A stretch of 64,000 bases of DNA from an uncultured Candidatus Saccharibacteria bacterium (lineage in GTDB: Bacteria > Patescibacteriota > Minisyncoccia > Phycocordibacterales > PALSA-1337). The stretch covers positions 5,159-69,158 of the forward strand of contig CAYHLX010000001.1 of NCBI GenBank assembly GCA_964357605.1. The letters are read 5' to 3'. Made by a program: the position numbers and the translations under genes. Below the pieces are notes generated by a model. It worked only from the letters and a program-made list of their open reading frames with translations. It was not told the origin of the DNA and did no database searches. Position 1 is the first letter of the stretch; each line of letters begins with the position of its first letter. This document shows positions 37,604-50,829 of this stretch, piece by piece.

Positions 37604-37984
37604 ATGACAACATCAACACTATCTTTTTTTATCGCCCTTGTAGGTATTGTGGGCATGATCAGTCTCAAAGCTTTTGAGATCAAAAGAGGTAAGAAGCTCA
37701 TCTTCTCCAGATTAGCAGAAAAAACTGACCACTTTGTCCAGAGAATCTATAATGCTGTTAGAGTTTTTATTTCTCATCTAAACAAACACAATGCTATTGC
37801 TTTGGTTCAGTGGATTGCTTATCATATTCTTTCTTGGCTTAGAAAAATCTACATACATCTCCATACCAAGGCTCATGCCCATCCTCATTCAAAGAAGGTT
37901 ATTGATATGGTGAGGGGCAAAGGCGAATTACCTAGAAGTGGAGGGGCATCCTTTTATCTCAAGAGGATTTCAGAAGAAAATTAG
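37604..37984 (+). CDS. Hypothetical membrane protein
   Basis: N-terminal hydrophobic helix. Co-oriented and closely spaced with tsf. Confidence 0.65.
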   Translation: MTTSTLSFFIALVGIVGMISLKAFEIKRGKKLIFSRLAEKTDHFVQRIYNAVRVFISHLNKHNAIALVQWIAYHILSWLRKIYIHLHTKAHAHPHSKKVIDMVRGKGELPRSGGASFYLKRISEEN

Positions 37985-38020
37985 ACAGGAAAGTAAAATA
38001 TTGCTAGTATTTTTGTTACC

Positions 38021-38093
38021 GCCACCTTAGCTCAGTTGGTAGAGCATCCGATTTGTAATCGGACGGTCGTCAGTTCAAGTCTGACAGGTGGCT
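38021..38093 (+). tRNA. tRNA-Thr(TGT)
   Basis: Acceptor GCCACCT/AGGTGGC, D-arm GCTC/GAGC, anticodon arm TCCGA-TTTGTAA-TCGGA, T-arm GTCAG-TTCAAGT-CTGAC. CCA not encoded. Confidence 0.97.
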
Positions 38094-38152
38094 CAAGAAT
38101 GAGGGTTGTTGTGTAGCAAACACCCTGTGACTTTTAAGGAAGTTTTGTATAT

Positions 38153-38584
38153 ATGAGTTTTGTAACAAATAGAAAATGCATAGGCTGTAATAAGTCTCTT
38201 TTAACACGGAGCCAGCTTAAGTATTGTTCCCAACAATGCCAAGCTACAACAAAATATTATAAATCCATAGAAGAATGGAAATTCGGAATAAAAAATGGAT
38301 CACTTGGAATACAGACGAGAATAATATCCTCTTTTTTACGTAGATACTTATTTGAAAAGTATAAAAACAAGTGTTCCCAGTGCGGCTGGAATGAAAAGAA
38401 TCTAGTTTCAGGAAAAATTCCCCTAGAAGTTGATCATATTGATGGTAATTCTGAGAATAATTCGGAGGAAAATCTAAGACTCCTTTGTCCAAACTGCCAT
38501 TCCTTGACCCCGTATTTCAGAAATTTAAATAAAGGAAAAGGAAGACGATGGAGGATGAAAAATATTCAGAAGAGGATTAATTAA
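38153..38584 (+). CDS. HNH endonuclease
   Basis: CIGC...YCSQQC, CSQCGW, LEVDHIDGNSENN...NLRLLCPNCHS. Confidence 0.9.
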   Translation: MSFVTNRKCIGCNKSLLTRSQLKYCSQQCQATTKYYKSIEEWKFGIKNGSLGIQTRIISSFLRRYLFEKYKNKCSQCGWNEKNLVSGKIPLEVDHIDGNSENNSEENLRLLCPNCHSLTPYFRNLNKGKGRRWRMKNIQKRIN

Positions 38585-38627
38585 AATTATAACTTTTTTT
38601 AAATGTATTTTAGTGTAAAATGTAAGT

Positions 38628-39068
38628 ATGGACTACAAAATTGGAAAGGATTTGACACAAGAAGCCCCACGAAGCCCAAAAGTGATGCTCGGAGGTTATG
38701 TTATCCTTGCACGCACACTCGATAAATGCCGTGCCTCTATATGGGGCAAGCTCGGAGAGTATGAATTTGATTGCGAACTTGATAACTATCTTTTTAATTT
38801 TAAAGGTTTAAAAGGAGAAGATTTTAAGAAGTTTGTTTCAGAAGGGTACCTTGATGAAGAGATATTAGACTGGGTTAATAAAAATGGAATTAAAAGAACA
38901 GATAAGGAAATTTCAGAATGGACTAAAAAACAGATGAAGCATAATTATGCTGATGATAAAGAAGGTAAAGAATGGTTGCGAGGTAAAAATAAAAAATTAG
39001 GTCTCCCTTTAGATGGAACTTTATTTGATTATCTAGAAGCAGATGACAAAGCTAGTTTTACTAGGTAG
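38628..39068 (+). CDS. DUF5069-like protein
   Basis: DLT..APRSP...LGGYVILAR.LDKCRA...GEYEFDC.LD pattern (recognised from memory). Confidence 0.7.
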   Translation: MDYKIGKDLTQEAPRSPKVMLGGYVILARTLDKCRASIWGKLGEYEFDCELDNYLFNFKGLKGEDFKKFVSEGYLDEEILDWVNKNGIKRTDKEISEWTKKQMKHNYADDKEGKEWLRGKNKKLGLPLDGTLFDYLEADDKASFTR

Positions 39069-39079
39069 TTTTCTACTGT

Positions 39080-40213
39080 TTATCTTATTGTAGCCCTGAA
39101 GTTTTTTGTCGTAGCTTTTTCTATCTTCTTATGTAAGGCGTTTGTTTCGTCGTTTGTAAGCGTTCTATCCAGTGATCTATATGTAATGCGGTATGCATAG
39201 CTAACATTACCTTTGCCGAGCTTATTTTCATTTTCATACTTATCAATGAGATGAACCTCTTCGATGAGATCCGGTACTAATTCACGCACGAGATCAAAAT
39301 AGTCATTTGGGATAAAGGTATTTGGCACGATGAAAGAGATATCTCTTACTACTGCTGGATACTTACTGACTTCTACAAATTTTTGGCCAAGCTTGAGTTG
39401 TTTGGTAACTCGTGGGTCTTCTGACCACAATAGGCGGATGTCAGGAAGTTGCATGCTGATAATAGCCAGTCTTTCTAAACCAAAGCCGAAAGCCCAGCCA
39501 TTGTAGCCTTCCACTCCAAAATCTTTTAGAACTATCGGACGGGGTAGGCCACCTCCGAGGATTTCGATCCACTGACCACTGATTTCTACTTCTACCTCAA
39601 GGGATGGATCTGTGTAGGGGAAGGTGTCAACATTGAATCTAAATTTAGTCTCTTTGCCGAAAATACTCTGCACGATTTCAGAAAGGACAGCTTTGAGATC
39701 ATCTAAGACAACGGCTTTCTTATCATTTGGTACGAGGTAAAGCCCTCCCATTTGGTGGAAGATGTTCATATGATGACGATCGATCTCATCTTTTCGGTAA
39801 ACTTTTCCATAACACATCACTCCAACAGATTCTCTCTTGGCGATTTTCTTTTTTATTTCTGGAAGGTTGAGAAAGTAGTACCACATCACGGTATCGTGGG
39901 TACGAAGCACATTTTTGGAATCGATATAGTAAGTATCAGATTTACTGCGAGCGGGATGATCTGTAGCAAAGTTGAAAAGGTCAAAAAGAATATCGGTTCC
40001 AATTACTTCAGGAATATCAATATCATCAAAATCCTTAAGCAGAGGAAGAGAAGTGACTCTCTTCATAATCTCATTTAATGGACTACCAGGGGTTCTAGAG
40101 AGGTCTGGCATAGCCAGGTATCGTTTGATACGTTGGGCCTCTATATCCTCGCGTTTATTGAATTCAGTAAGAAGAGCTTTTTCTTCATCACGTGGAATAA
40201 TATAGTTTTTCAT
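39080..40213 (-). CDS. pheS: Phenylalanyl-tRNA synthetase, alpha catalytic domain fused to FDX-ACB (monomeric, mitochondrial-type)
   Basis: HPARSKSDTYY, LRTH, GKVYR.DEID..H...FHQ, FPYTDPSLE, GWAFGFGLERLA, DIRL. C-terminal SKYPAVVRDISF...YRITYRSLDRTLT. Start reassigned to MKNYII. Confidence 0.9.
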   Translation of the reverse strand: MKNYIIPRDEEKALLTEFNKREDIEAQRIKRYLAMPDLSRTPGSPLNEIMKRVTSLPLLKDFDDIDIPEVIGTDILFDLFNFATDHPARSKSDTYYIDSKNVLRTHDTVMWYYFLNLPEIKKKIAKRESVGVMCYGKVYRKDEIDRHHMNIFHQMGGLYLVPNDKKAVVLDDLKAVLSEIVQSIFGKETKFRFNVDTFPYTDPSLEVEVEISGQWIEILGGGLPRPIVLKDFGVEGYNGWAFGFGLERLAIISMQLPDIRLLWSEDPRVTKQLKLGQKFVEVSKYPAVVRDISFIVPNTFIPNDYFDLVRELVPDLIEEVHLIDKYENENKLGKGNVSYAYRITYRSLDRTLTNDETNALHKKIEKATTKNFRATIR

Positions 40214-40321
40214 GGATGTAAGTGTAGATAAAAAGTGGATAAAAGGCAAGAAATCAGGTCGTTTTTGGGGTGTGCAATTTGTCTTTCTTTTTGATATAAT
40301 ACCTCTACAAAACACAACAAA

Positions 40322-42427
40322 ATGGCTAAAGAAAAAGACAATTACGGTGCCGATTCCATCCAAGTTCTCGAAGGCCTTGAGCCAGTGCGAAAGCGTCCTG
40401 GTATGTACATCGGTACCACTGGTCCCGATGGTCTTCATCATTTGATTACTGAGGTTTTTGACAACTCTCGTGATGAAGCTATGGGAGGTTTTGCTGATCA
40501 CATAGAAGTAGCTCTACTTCCTCATAATCGGGTGAGGGTGGTGGACAACGGGCGAGGTATACCTGTGGATATCCACAAGACAACTAAAGTCTCTGCTCTA
40601 GAGACTATTATGACCGTTCTTCATGCTGGAGGAAAGTTTGGAGGAGAAGGAAGTGGATACAAAGTTTCCGGAGGTCTTCATGGGGTGGGAGCTTCAGTCG
40701 TTAATGCTTTGTCCGTTTATACTCAAGTTTGGGTTTATAAAGATGGAGATATCTATACCCAAGAATACTCTCAAGGAAAGAAAAAAGCCGCTGTCAAAAA
40801 AATCGGAAAAACTAAAGCCAAAGGGACAATTGTTACTTTTGAACCAGATGAGATTATTTTTAAGGAAATTAAATTTGATTTTAATAAGGTGGTGCATTCT
40901 TTGCGTCAGCAGGCTTATCTAGTTAAAGCCTTACGCATTACCGTCATAGATGCCAGGGATTATGTAGGAGAGGAAATTCCTTTTGCTAAAGACGGCTCTC
41001 TAGATATAGAAGCGGAAATAACTTATTTAAGCCAACTCAATCTCCAAGTTCCTTCCCAAACTTTCTATTTCGAAAATGGACTAACTTCGTTGGTAAAATT
41101 TAATAATCAAATACTTAAACCAATACATAAAAATATCTTTTATGTCGAAAAGAAAGTGGAGGGAGTTGAGTCAGTTGAAATAGCCTTACAATATGCTGAT
41201 GACATTTCTGCTCGTATTTTGCCTTTTGCCAACAATATCTATAATCCCGAAGGAGGTACACATATCACTGGTTTCAAAACAGCTCTTACGAGAACACTTA
41301 ATACCTATGCTAAAAATAATAACCTAGCGAAAAACGGTGATGAGACATTTACCGGAGACGATGTGCTAGAAGGCCTCACTGCAGTTATTTCTGTCAAACT
41401 TCGTGAAATACAATTTGAAGGACAAACTAAAGCTAAATTGGGGTCAGTGGAAGCTCAAAGCGCGGTGGCCACAGTTTTTGGAGAAACCTTTGCGGCTTTT
41501 CTAGAAGAAAATCCAGATGATGCCAAAGCCATCATCACCAAAGTCGTTTTGGCGATGAAGGCGCGTAAAGCGGCCAAAGCGGCCAAGGACAGTGTTTTGA
41601 GAAAAGGGGCTCTCGAAGGTATGACTTTGCCAGGAAAGTTGGCGGATTGCCAATCAAACGATGCTTCAGAGTCTGAACTATTTATTGTGGAGGGAGATTC
41701 TGCGGGTGGTACCGCCAAAACTGGACGTGATCGACGTACTCAGGCCATCCTGCCATTGCGAGGAAAGATTTTGAATATTGAAAGAGCGAGACTTGACCGT
41801 ATGTTGGGTTCGGAGCAGATTAAAAATCTCGTTTTGGCTTTTGGTACGGCGATTGGAGATACTTTTGATATTTCCAAACTCCGTTACCACAAGATTATTC
41901 TAGCGACAGATGCTGACGTGGACGGAGCACACATTCGTACCTTGATTCTTACTTTGCTCTACAGATATTTTAAACCGCTGGTAGAAGGAGGATTTGTTTA
42001 TATTGCTCAACCACCACTTTATAAAGTGAAGAGAGGGAAGGAAGTGTTGTATTTTTATAACGAAGAAGAAAAAGTCAAAGCTCTTGGTAAGGATATTGGA
42101 AATGAAGAGGAGATTATTAATGACAATGAGGCGAGAGAACAACTTTTAGAGGCGGCGGAAGCTCCGGCTGATGAAGAAGAGGTGGAAGCTGAAACAAAAG
42201 GGAAGAAAGCTAAAATCGTCATACAGAGATATAAGGGTCTGGGAGAGATGAATGCCGAAGAGTTGTGGGAAACAACCATGGATCCGGAAAAGAGGATCTT
42301 AAAGCAGGTAAATATTGATGATGCTCAAGAGGCCGATAAGGTATTTGATATGCTCATGGGTACGGATGTGCCATCTAGAAAGATGTTCATCCAATCCAAC
42401 GCCAAGAAGGCCAATATTGACCTATAG
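40322..42427 (+). CDS. gyrB: DNA gyrase subunit B
   Basis: VRKRPGMYIG, SGGLHGVG, VEGDSAGG, PLRGK, TDADVDG, QRYKGLGEM. Confidence 0.95.
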   Translation: MAKEKDNYGADSIQVLEGLEPVRKRPGMYIGTTGPDGLHHLITEVFDNSRDEAMGGFADHIEVALLPHNRVRVVDNGRGIPVDIHKTTKVSALETIMTVLHAGGKFGGEGSGYKVSGGLHGVGASVVNALSVYTQVWVYKDGDIYTQEYSQGKKKAAVKKIGKTKAKGTIVTFEPDEIIFKEIKFDFNKVVHSLRQQAYLVKALRITVIDARDYVGEEIPFAKDGSLDIEAEITYLSQLNLQVPSQTFYFENGLTSLVKFNNQILKPIHKNIFYVEKKVEGVESVEIALQYADDISARILPFANNIYNPEGGTHITGFKTALTRTLNTYAKNNNLAKNGDETFTGDDVLEGLTAVISVKLREIQFEGQTKAKLGSVEAQSAVATVFGETFAAFLEENPDDAKAIITKVVLAMKARKAAKAAKDSVLRKGALEGMTLPGKLADCQSNDASESELFIVEGDSAGGTAKTGRDRRTQAILPLRGKILNIERARLDRMLGSEQIKNLVLAFGTAIGDTFDISKLRYHKIILATDADVDGAHIRTLILTLLYRYFKPLVEGGFVYIAQPPLYKVKRGKEVLYFYNEEEKVKALGKDIGNEEEIINDNEAREQLLEAAEAPADEEEVEAETKGKKAKIVIQRYKGLGEMNAEELWETTMDPEKRILKQVNIDDAQEADKVFDMLMGTDVPSRKMFIQSNAKKANIDL

Positions 42428-42475
42428 GGCTCACCCCTTGACTTTTCTCTCAAAGTAGTATAGAATAGTGACATT

Positions 42476-43516
42476 ATGAATAAAAATAATGTTGCGATAA
42501 TAATTGTTGTAGTGGCTCTATTGAGCTCTATCTTTACGTTCTTTCCTGCAGAAGCCAAGGCTGACTACAGAGACTTCTATTCTACCTATAACTACAGTCA
42601 GTCTGGTTATCCTAACTATTCTTATGGATATTCTGGAACCAACTATTACGGAACAAGTTACAATTCCTATAACAGTGGGTATTATGGTGGTTATCCTACT
42701 CAGAGTAACTATCCTCTAATTGTCTCATGTTCTGCCAACCAGACCTTTGTCTCTACAGGTGCCAATATCACTTGGGTAGCCAATGTCTCTGGTGGTAACG
42801 GAGTTTACTCATTTAGTTGGAGTGGTACAGATGGTCTATACGGATCTCAAAGTACGGCTATCGCCAACTATCATGCTCCTGGGGTTAAAACTGCCAGTGT
42901 CTATGTAACATCTCTAGGTCAACAGAGAAGTGTTCAGTGTTCAAACACTGTGACAGTAGGGATTCCAAGTAATCTTGTCTATCCACCTCCTCCAATCTAT
43001 CAACAGACATTTATCAATAATCCAGTTCCAAATCAGCCTGTAGCTTCAAACAATATTCAAATCGCTTGTTTTGCAGATACCACAACTGCTAAAGTTGGTG
43101 TACCTGTGACTTGGGGTGTTGAAGCAACTGGTTCTGGTGAAAACTTCACTTATGCTTGGACTGGTTCCGACGGTTTGTCTGGAAATCAAGCCTCTCTAAT
43201 TACGACTTACGTTACTACTGGTAGAAAGAGTGCTGTAGTTACAGTTACCTCTGCCAATGGTAAGAGTCAGTCAAAGGCTTGCGGAAATACAGTCAATGTC
43301 ACGGGTGCTTACAAAGCAACTACTGTGACCAAGACTCCTGCAAAGCCTGCTGCTCCAGCCGTGCCAGTTGTTACTCCTCCAGCTCCGGATAATAGTCTTT
43401 CGGCCGCTACTCTCTTCTCACTTGAATATGTGCCATGGGGACTTGTCGCGGTACTTGTCATCCTCATCTTGTTTATCACCGTACTTTATCTTCTCTTCAA
43501 TAAGAAGAAGATATAA
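42476..43516 (+). CDS. Secreted/membrane protein with Tyr-rich region, two PKD/Ig-like repeats and C-terminal TM
   Basis: Signal peptide, Y/S/G/N-rich tract, two C.A....G..(I/V)TW...Y.W.G.DGL.G...G.K.A...C.NTV repeats, C-terminal TM. Confidence 0.7.
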   Translation: MNKNNVAIIIVVVALLSSIFTFFPAEAKADYRDFYSTYNYSQSGYPNYSYGYSGTNYYGTSYNSYNSGYYGGYPTQSNYPLIVSCSANQTFVSTGANITWVANVSGGNGVYSFSWSGTDGLYGSQSTAIANYHAPGVKTASVYVTSLGQQRSVQCSNTVTVGIPSNLVYPPPPIYQQTFINNPVPNQPVASNNIQIACFADTTTAKVGVPVTWGVEATGSGENFTYAWTGSDGLSGNQASLITTYVTTGRKSAVVTVTSANGKSQSKACGNTVNVTGAYKATTVTKTPAKPAAPAVPVVTPPAPDNSLSAATLFSLEYVPWGLVAVLVILILFITVLYLLFNKKKI

Positions 43517-43568
43517 GGTAAGAGTGTGACGGGTGTTGGCTCCAAATAAAAAGTCTAAATAAAATAAT

Positions 43569-43600
43569 AGAAAAACTCCGGATCAAACCGGAGTTTTTCT
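43569..43600. terminator. Bidirectional intrinsic terminator
   Basis: AGAAAAACTCCGG-ATCAAA-CCGGAGTTTTTCT between convergent genes. Confidence 0.85.
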
Positions 43601-45342
43601 TATTTCTTTTCCTTTATTTCCTTAACCAACTTTTCTAGAACTTCTTCATTACTTAATTGACCGATCTGTCCGTGATCACGACTCTCTAGAGTGACCTTGC
43701 CAGCGTCGATGTCTTTATCTCCGATGATGATGAAGTAGGGAATATGTTCATTTTTTGCTTCTCTTACTTTTTTACCAAAATTATTTGGAGATAGATCGAT
43801 ATCCACTCTTATATCTATTTCTCTCATCTTTTCAAGAAGAGCAAAAGCCTTTTCATGATGAGTATCTCCAATAGGGATGATACGCGCTTGGACTGGTGAA
43901 AGCCAAAGAGGGAATTTTCCAGCAAAATGTTCTACGAGAATACCAATAAATCTTTCTAAAGATCCGTAAATTACTCGATGTATCACTACGGGCATTTTTC
44001 TCAAACCATCTTTGTCTGTATAGTGGAGATCAAATCGTTGTGGAAGTTGAAAATCGAGTTGCATCGTACCCATTTGCCAGTCTCGTCCTAGAGAATCCTT
44101 CATGACAATATCTATCTTAGGACCGTAGAAAGCTCCATCACCTTCCGCGATAACATAATCTTTTCCAGACTTAGCCAAAATTTCTTTCAACACCTTCTCT
44201 GCTCTATCCCAAGTCTCTATCTCTCCCAGAAAGCTTTTTGGTCGAGTTCCGAGTCTGAATTTGTATTCTAAATTAAATATTCCGTAAAATCTTTTACAAA
44301 TAGTCATGATATGCTCGTATTCGGAAGCAATCATGTCTTCAGAAATAAAATTATGAGAATCATCTTGCTGAAATGATCGACAACGTAAAAGTCCATTTAA
44401 AGTACCCGATCTCTCGTAGCGATGGAGGCGGTCTGTATCTGAGAGTCTGAGCGGAAGATCTCTATAGCTAATTTGCATCGAATCAAACACTACCATGGCA
44501 TTAGGACAATTCATGGGTTTTATTCCATACACTTCATTCTCTCCCATATTAGCAATAAACATATCTTCCTTGTAGTGGTCCCAGTGGCCTGATTTTTTCC
44601 ATAGCTCTGCTTTGTTTACTAGGGGGCTGCAGATTTCTTTATATCCCATCACCGCATGCTCCTTGCGCCAGTACTCCTCGAGTTCTTTGTAAAGAACCAA
44701 ACCTTTTGGTAGCCAATAGGGCATTCCAGGAGAAGTCTCGTGGAACATGAACAGTCCCAACTCCCTGCCTAGTTTTTTATGATCCCTTTTTTCGGCCTCG
44801 ATTCTCATGGCCTCATAATCATCCAACTCAAGCTTTGATCCAAAGGCTAGTCCATAGATGCGAGTGAGCATTTTATTCTCCTCACTGCCTCGCCAGTAGG
44901 CTCCAGCTACTCGGGAAAGTTTAAAGGAGTCATGAGGAATTTCTTTGGCGGGATTTTCGGCATGACCTCCGCGACAGAGGTCGGTGAAATTTCCACAGGT
45001 ATAGAGAGTAATTTTTTCTCCTTTGGCCACGATCTCTCCTATGAGTTCAAGTTTGTAAGGATTACCTTTAAAATGTTCCTTGGCTTCTTTCTCGCTCACT
45101 TCTTTGTGAGTAAATTTGGTCCAGGACTTGAGATGACTTTTCATTTTCTTTTCGATGGCAGGGAGGTCTTTGTCAGAAATTTTTACGTCGGCAGGGAATT
45201 CGAAATCATAATAGAAACCATCATCAATAGCCGGTCCGATGGTGTTTTTGGTTTCAGGATGCAATTCTAGAACCGCTGAAGCGAGTAAGTGGGCTAGAGT
45301 GTGGCGGATGTGGGAAAGTTGTTCTGGGGGTTGGGGGTTCAT
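43600..45342 (-). CDS. thrS: Threonyl-tRNA synthetase
   Basis: RHTLAHLL, DLCRGGH, RDHKKLG, KPMNCP, GAFYGPKID, GSLERF. Start reassigned to MNPQPP. Confidence 0.95.
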   Translation of the reverse strand: MNPQPPEQLSHIRHTLAHLLASAVLELHPETKNTIGPAIDDGFYYDFEFPADVKISDKDLPAIEKKMKSHLKSWTKFTHKEVSEKEAKEHFKGNPYKLELIGEIVAKGEKITLYTCGNFTDLCRGGHAENPAKEIPHDSFKLSRVAGAYWRGSEENKMLTRIYGLAFGSKLELDDYEAMRIEAEKRDHKKLGRELGLFMFHETSPGMPYWLPKGLVLYKELEEYWRKEHAVMGYKEICSPLVNKAELWKKSGHWDHYKEDMFIANMGENEVYGIKPMNCPNAMVVFDSMQISYRDLPLRLSDTDRLHRYERSGTLNGLLRCRSFQQDDSHNFISEDMIASEYEHIMTICKRFYGIFNLEYKFRLGTRPKSFLGEIETWDRAEKVLKEILAKSGKDYVIAEGDGAFYGPKIDIVMKDSLGRDWQMGTMQLDFQLPQRFDLHYTDKDGLRKMPVVIHRVIYGSLERFIGILVEHFAGKFPLWLSPVQARIIPIGDTHHEKAFALLEKMREIDIRVDIDLSPNNFGKKVREAKNEHIPYFIIIGDKDIDAGKVTLESRDHGQIGQLSNEEVLEKLVKEIKEKK

Positions 45343-45471
45343 GGGTACTACTATATCATTGCTAAAATAAATAATAAAGAACGTAAATAACTTAAACAAT
45401 TTCTCTAAGATTGATTGCCACCACCAAAAGAAGTACAATTAAGCCAAATTAACATAACTTCCATAATAAAT

Positions 45472-46827
45472 ATGAGCAAATCAATATTCAAAGTTGGGGC
45501 AATAATTTTTTTCTTAATTTTTGTTTTAACAAGTAATCCAGGATCTGTACAAGCTTGCAGTCCAATTAACCTGACTTCTCAACAACAATTTGAAACAGCC
45601 GATGCTGTTTTTGTAGGACGAGTCTCATCTGTCACTACAAGTTCTGAAGGAGACACCAATATAGTCAAAGGATCAGTCGAAGTGGATAAATATTGGAAAG
45701 GTAGTCTGGATAGAAACGTAAGAATCACATCTTCTGGTATATATACATGTGCCCCTGGTTTTAGTGTAGGAGCTAATGGTGGTTACTATTTGATTTATGC
45801 AAATCGCAATGCTCAATCTGGAGATTACTATATTGGCATGATGGGAATGAAATTGGTTTCTAATGCCACTAACGAAATAGCTGCTCTAGGAATTGGCAGG
45901 GAAATTACTGTATCTACAGACTCATCTAAATTTAATAGAGATTTATCAGTAGGGGTGTCTGGATCCGATGTTTCCTCTCTCCAATCCTGGCTTATTGAAA
46001 ATGGATACGATATTCCATCTATCAGTTCTGGAGCTGCAGTACGTGGCTACTTTGGCTCACAGACGAGAGCTGCGGTGATAAGATACCAGGCAACAAACGG
46101 CATTCCAAATACGGGTTTTGTAGGACCTCTCACAAGGGGAAGATTGAATGAAAGGCGGCCAATCGACTCTCGTTCCCCAGTTATAAACGGAATTGATGCC
46201 CCCACGACCTTGAATGTAAATCAGACTGGAACCTGGACAGTGCGTGCAACTGATCCTCAAAACGGGACATTGAGCTATTCTGTTGACTGGGGAGAGATGC
46301 CATCATCTCAGGTGACTTGTCCGGCTGGTTACATTTGTACATCTAACGCTACCCCTCCTCCAGTTCAGCAAGGATCCACTTTCACTCACTCGTATTCTAT
46401 TCCAGGAACTCACATAGTCTGGTTTACCGTTAAAAATAGTGCCGGTCTAATAACTAGATCCAGTGTCACCGTGGTAGTAGGTGATACCAATGCTAATCCA
46501 CTAAGAGTTACTTCTCCGAATGGTGGAGAGACATGGCAGAGTAATGCAGTACGTCAGATTGCTTGGTCTGCTAATGCCAATACTTCTCTCGATCTTTACC
46601 TCGACCAGGCCGATATCTACTGCATCACCACTCCTTGTGGAAGTACGTATCTTCTTGATAGAAATATTGGAGTATCAACAATTTACAATTGGATAGTGGC
46701 TACCGACATAAGTAATGTGAGGATCCCAGATGGATCTTACCGAGTCCGTGTTTGTACGGCTGGTTCAACAACAAATTGCGACTCGAGCGATGCTTCTTTT
46801 AGGATTACTTCCACACTAACATACTAA
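45472..46827 (+). CDS. Secreted protein: TIMP/NTR-like domain, peptidoglycan-binding domain, PKD-like domain, SPNGGE domain
   Basis: VQA-CSP...ADAVFVGRV, L.VG.SG.DV..LQ.WL...GFVGPLTR, YSVDWGE...FTHSY..PG, VTSPNGGETW. Confidence 0.7.
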   Translation: MSKSIFKVGAIIFFLIFVLTSNPGSVQACSPINLTSQQQFETADAVFVGRVSSVTTSSEGDTNIVKGSVEVDKYWKGSLDRNVRITSSGIYTCAPGFSVGANGGYYLIYANRNAQSGDYYIGMMGMKLVSNATNEIAALGIGREITVSTDSSKFNRDLSVGVSGSDVSSLQSWLIENGYDIPSISSGAAVRGYFGSQTRAAVIRYQATNGIPNTGFVGPLTRGRLNERRPIDSRSPVINGIDAPTTLNVNQTGTWTVRATDPQNGTLSYSVDWGEMPSSQVTCPAGYICTSNATPPPVQQGSTFTHSYSIPGTHIVWFTVKNSAGLITRSSVTVVVGDTNANPLRVTSPNGGETWQSNAVRQIAWSANANTSLDLYLDQADIYCITTPCGSTYLLDRNIGVSTIYNWIVATDISNVRIPDGSYRVRVCTAGSTTNCDSSDASFRITSTLTY

Positions 46828-46994
46828 AAAATCATTTACATTTTCTAACTTCTATTTCTAAATAAAAAATCTTACAAAATATTTCCTAAAACAGCCCTTG
46901 AAAACTTACGTATTTTGTAGATAAAGGCGAAATAAAATTTTTGTATGTTTTGCTATTGCTAAAATTAATTATAGTAATCTATACTGTACCTAAC

Positions 46995-47510
46995 ATGGAT
47001 GAAACAGAACCACTATATTTTACAAAATTCAGAGAACATATTGATCACAAACTTGAAACACATGTTCCGAAGTATTTTAAAGATTTTCAAATGCACATTG
47101 ATCAAAAGTTTGAAACACACGTTCCAAAGTACTTTAGGGATTTCCAAATGCACATTGATCAAAGGTTTGAAACATATATACCGAAATACTTCAGAGATTT
47201 TCAAGTACATATCGATAAGAAGATTGAATCAGAGATTAATAGTCTTGCTGTAATGATAAAGGACAACTTTGCTACTAAGGACGATCTAGAAGAAATGAAA
47301 AAAGATATGGTAACTAAAGAAGACATAAAAGATATGGTTACTACATACGATATAAAAGATATGGCAACAAAGGAAGATGTCAGAGAGGCTGTGGCTCCAA
47401 TCTTGAAACACATCGGATCTTATGAAATGCGGGCAAAAAATATAGAAGATATTTTACTTAAAGATCATAAACCCAGGATTGTTGATCTAGAAAAGAAGGT
47501 TTTTGCTTGA
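46995..47510 (+). CDS. Repeat-containing coiled-coil protein
   Basis: Four 19-aa repeats followed by 7-aa (A/V)TKEDIKDM-like repeats. Start at MDETEP. Confidence 0.7.
   Translation: MDETEPLYFTKFREHIDHKLETHVPKYFKDFQMHIDQKFETHVPKYFRDFQMHIDQRFETYIPKYFRDFQVHIDKKIESEINSLAVMIKDNFATKDDLEEMKKDMVTKEDIKDMVTTYDIKDMATKEDVREAVAPILKHIGSYEMRAKNIEDILLKDHKPRIVDLEKKVFA
47010..47237 (+). repeat. 57-bp tandem repeat x4 (coding)
   Basis: Units start at 47010, 47067, 47124 and 47181. Consensus PKYF(K/R)DFQMHIDQKFETHV. Confidence 0.9.
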
Positions 47511-47514
47511 GGTA

Positions 47515-50751
<3,237 letters not shown>

Positions 50752-50799
50752 AGGGAAAGTATAGCAAAAAATGGCTCAAGAATGTGGTCAAAATTTTGC

Positions 50800-50829
50800 T
50801 TGACTTTTGGTTATATTATGTTGTATAAT
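50800..50829 (+). promoter_or_regulatory. Sigma70-type promoter upstream of the DGR target gene
   Basis: TTGACT(50800)-18 nt-TATAAT(50824). Confidence 0.65.

Noticed and set aside
40214-40501. N-terminal extension of the pheS ORF
   Set aside because: Overlaps gyrB on the opposite strand. The true start is likely MKNYII at 40213.
47010-47237. Possible CRISPR array
   Set aside because: Contiguous in-frame 57-bp units without unique spacers, and no cas genes.
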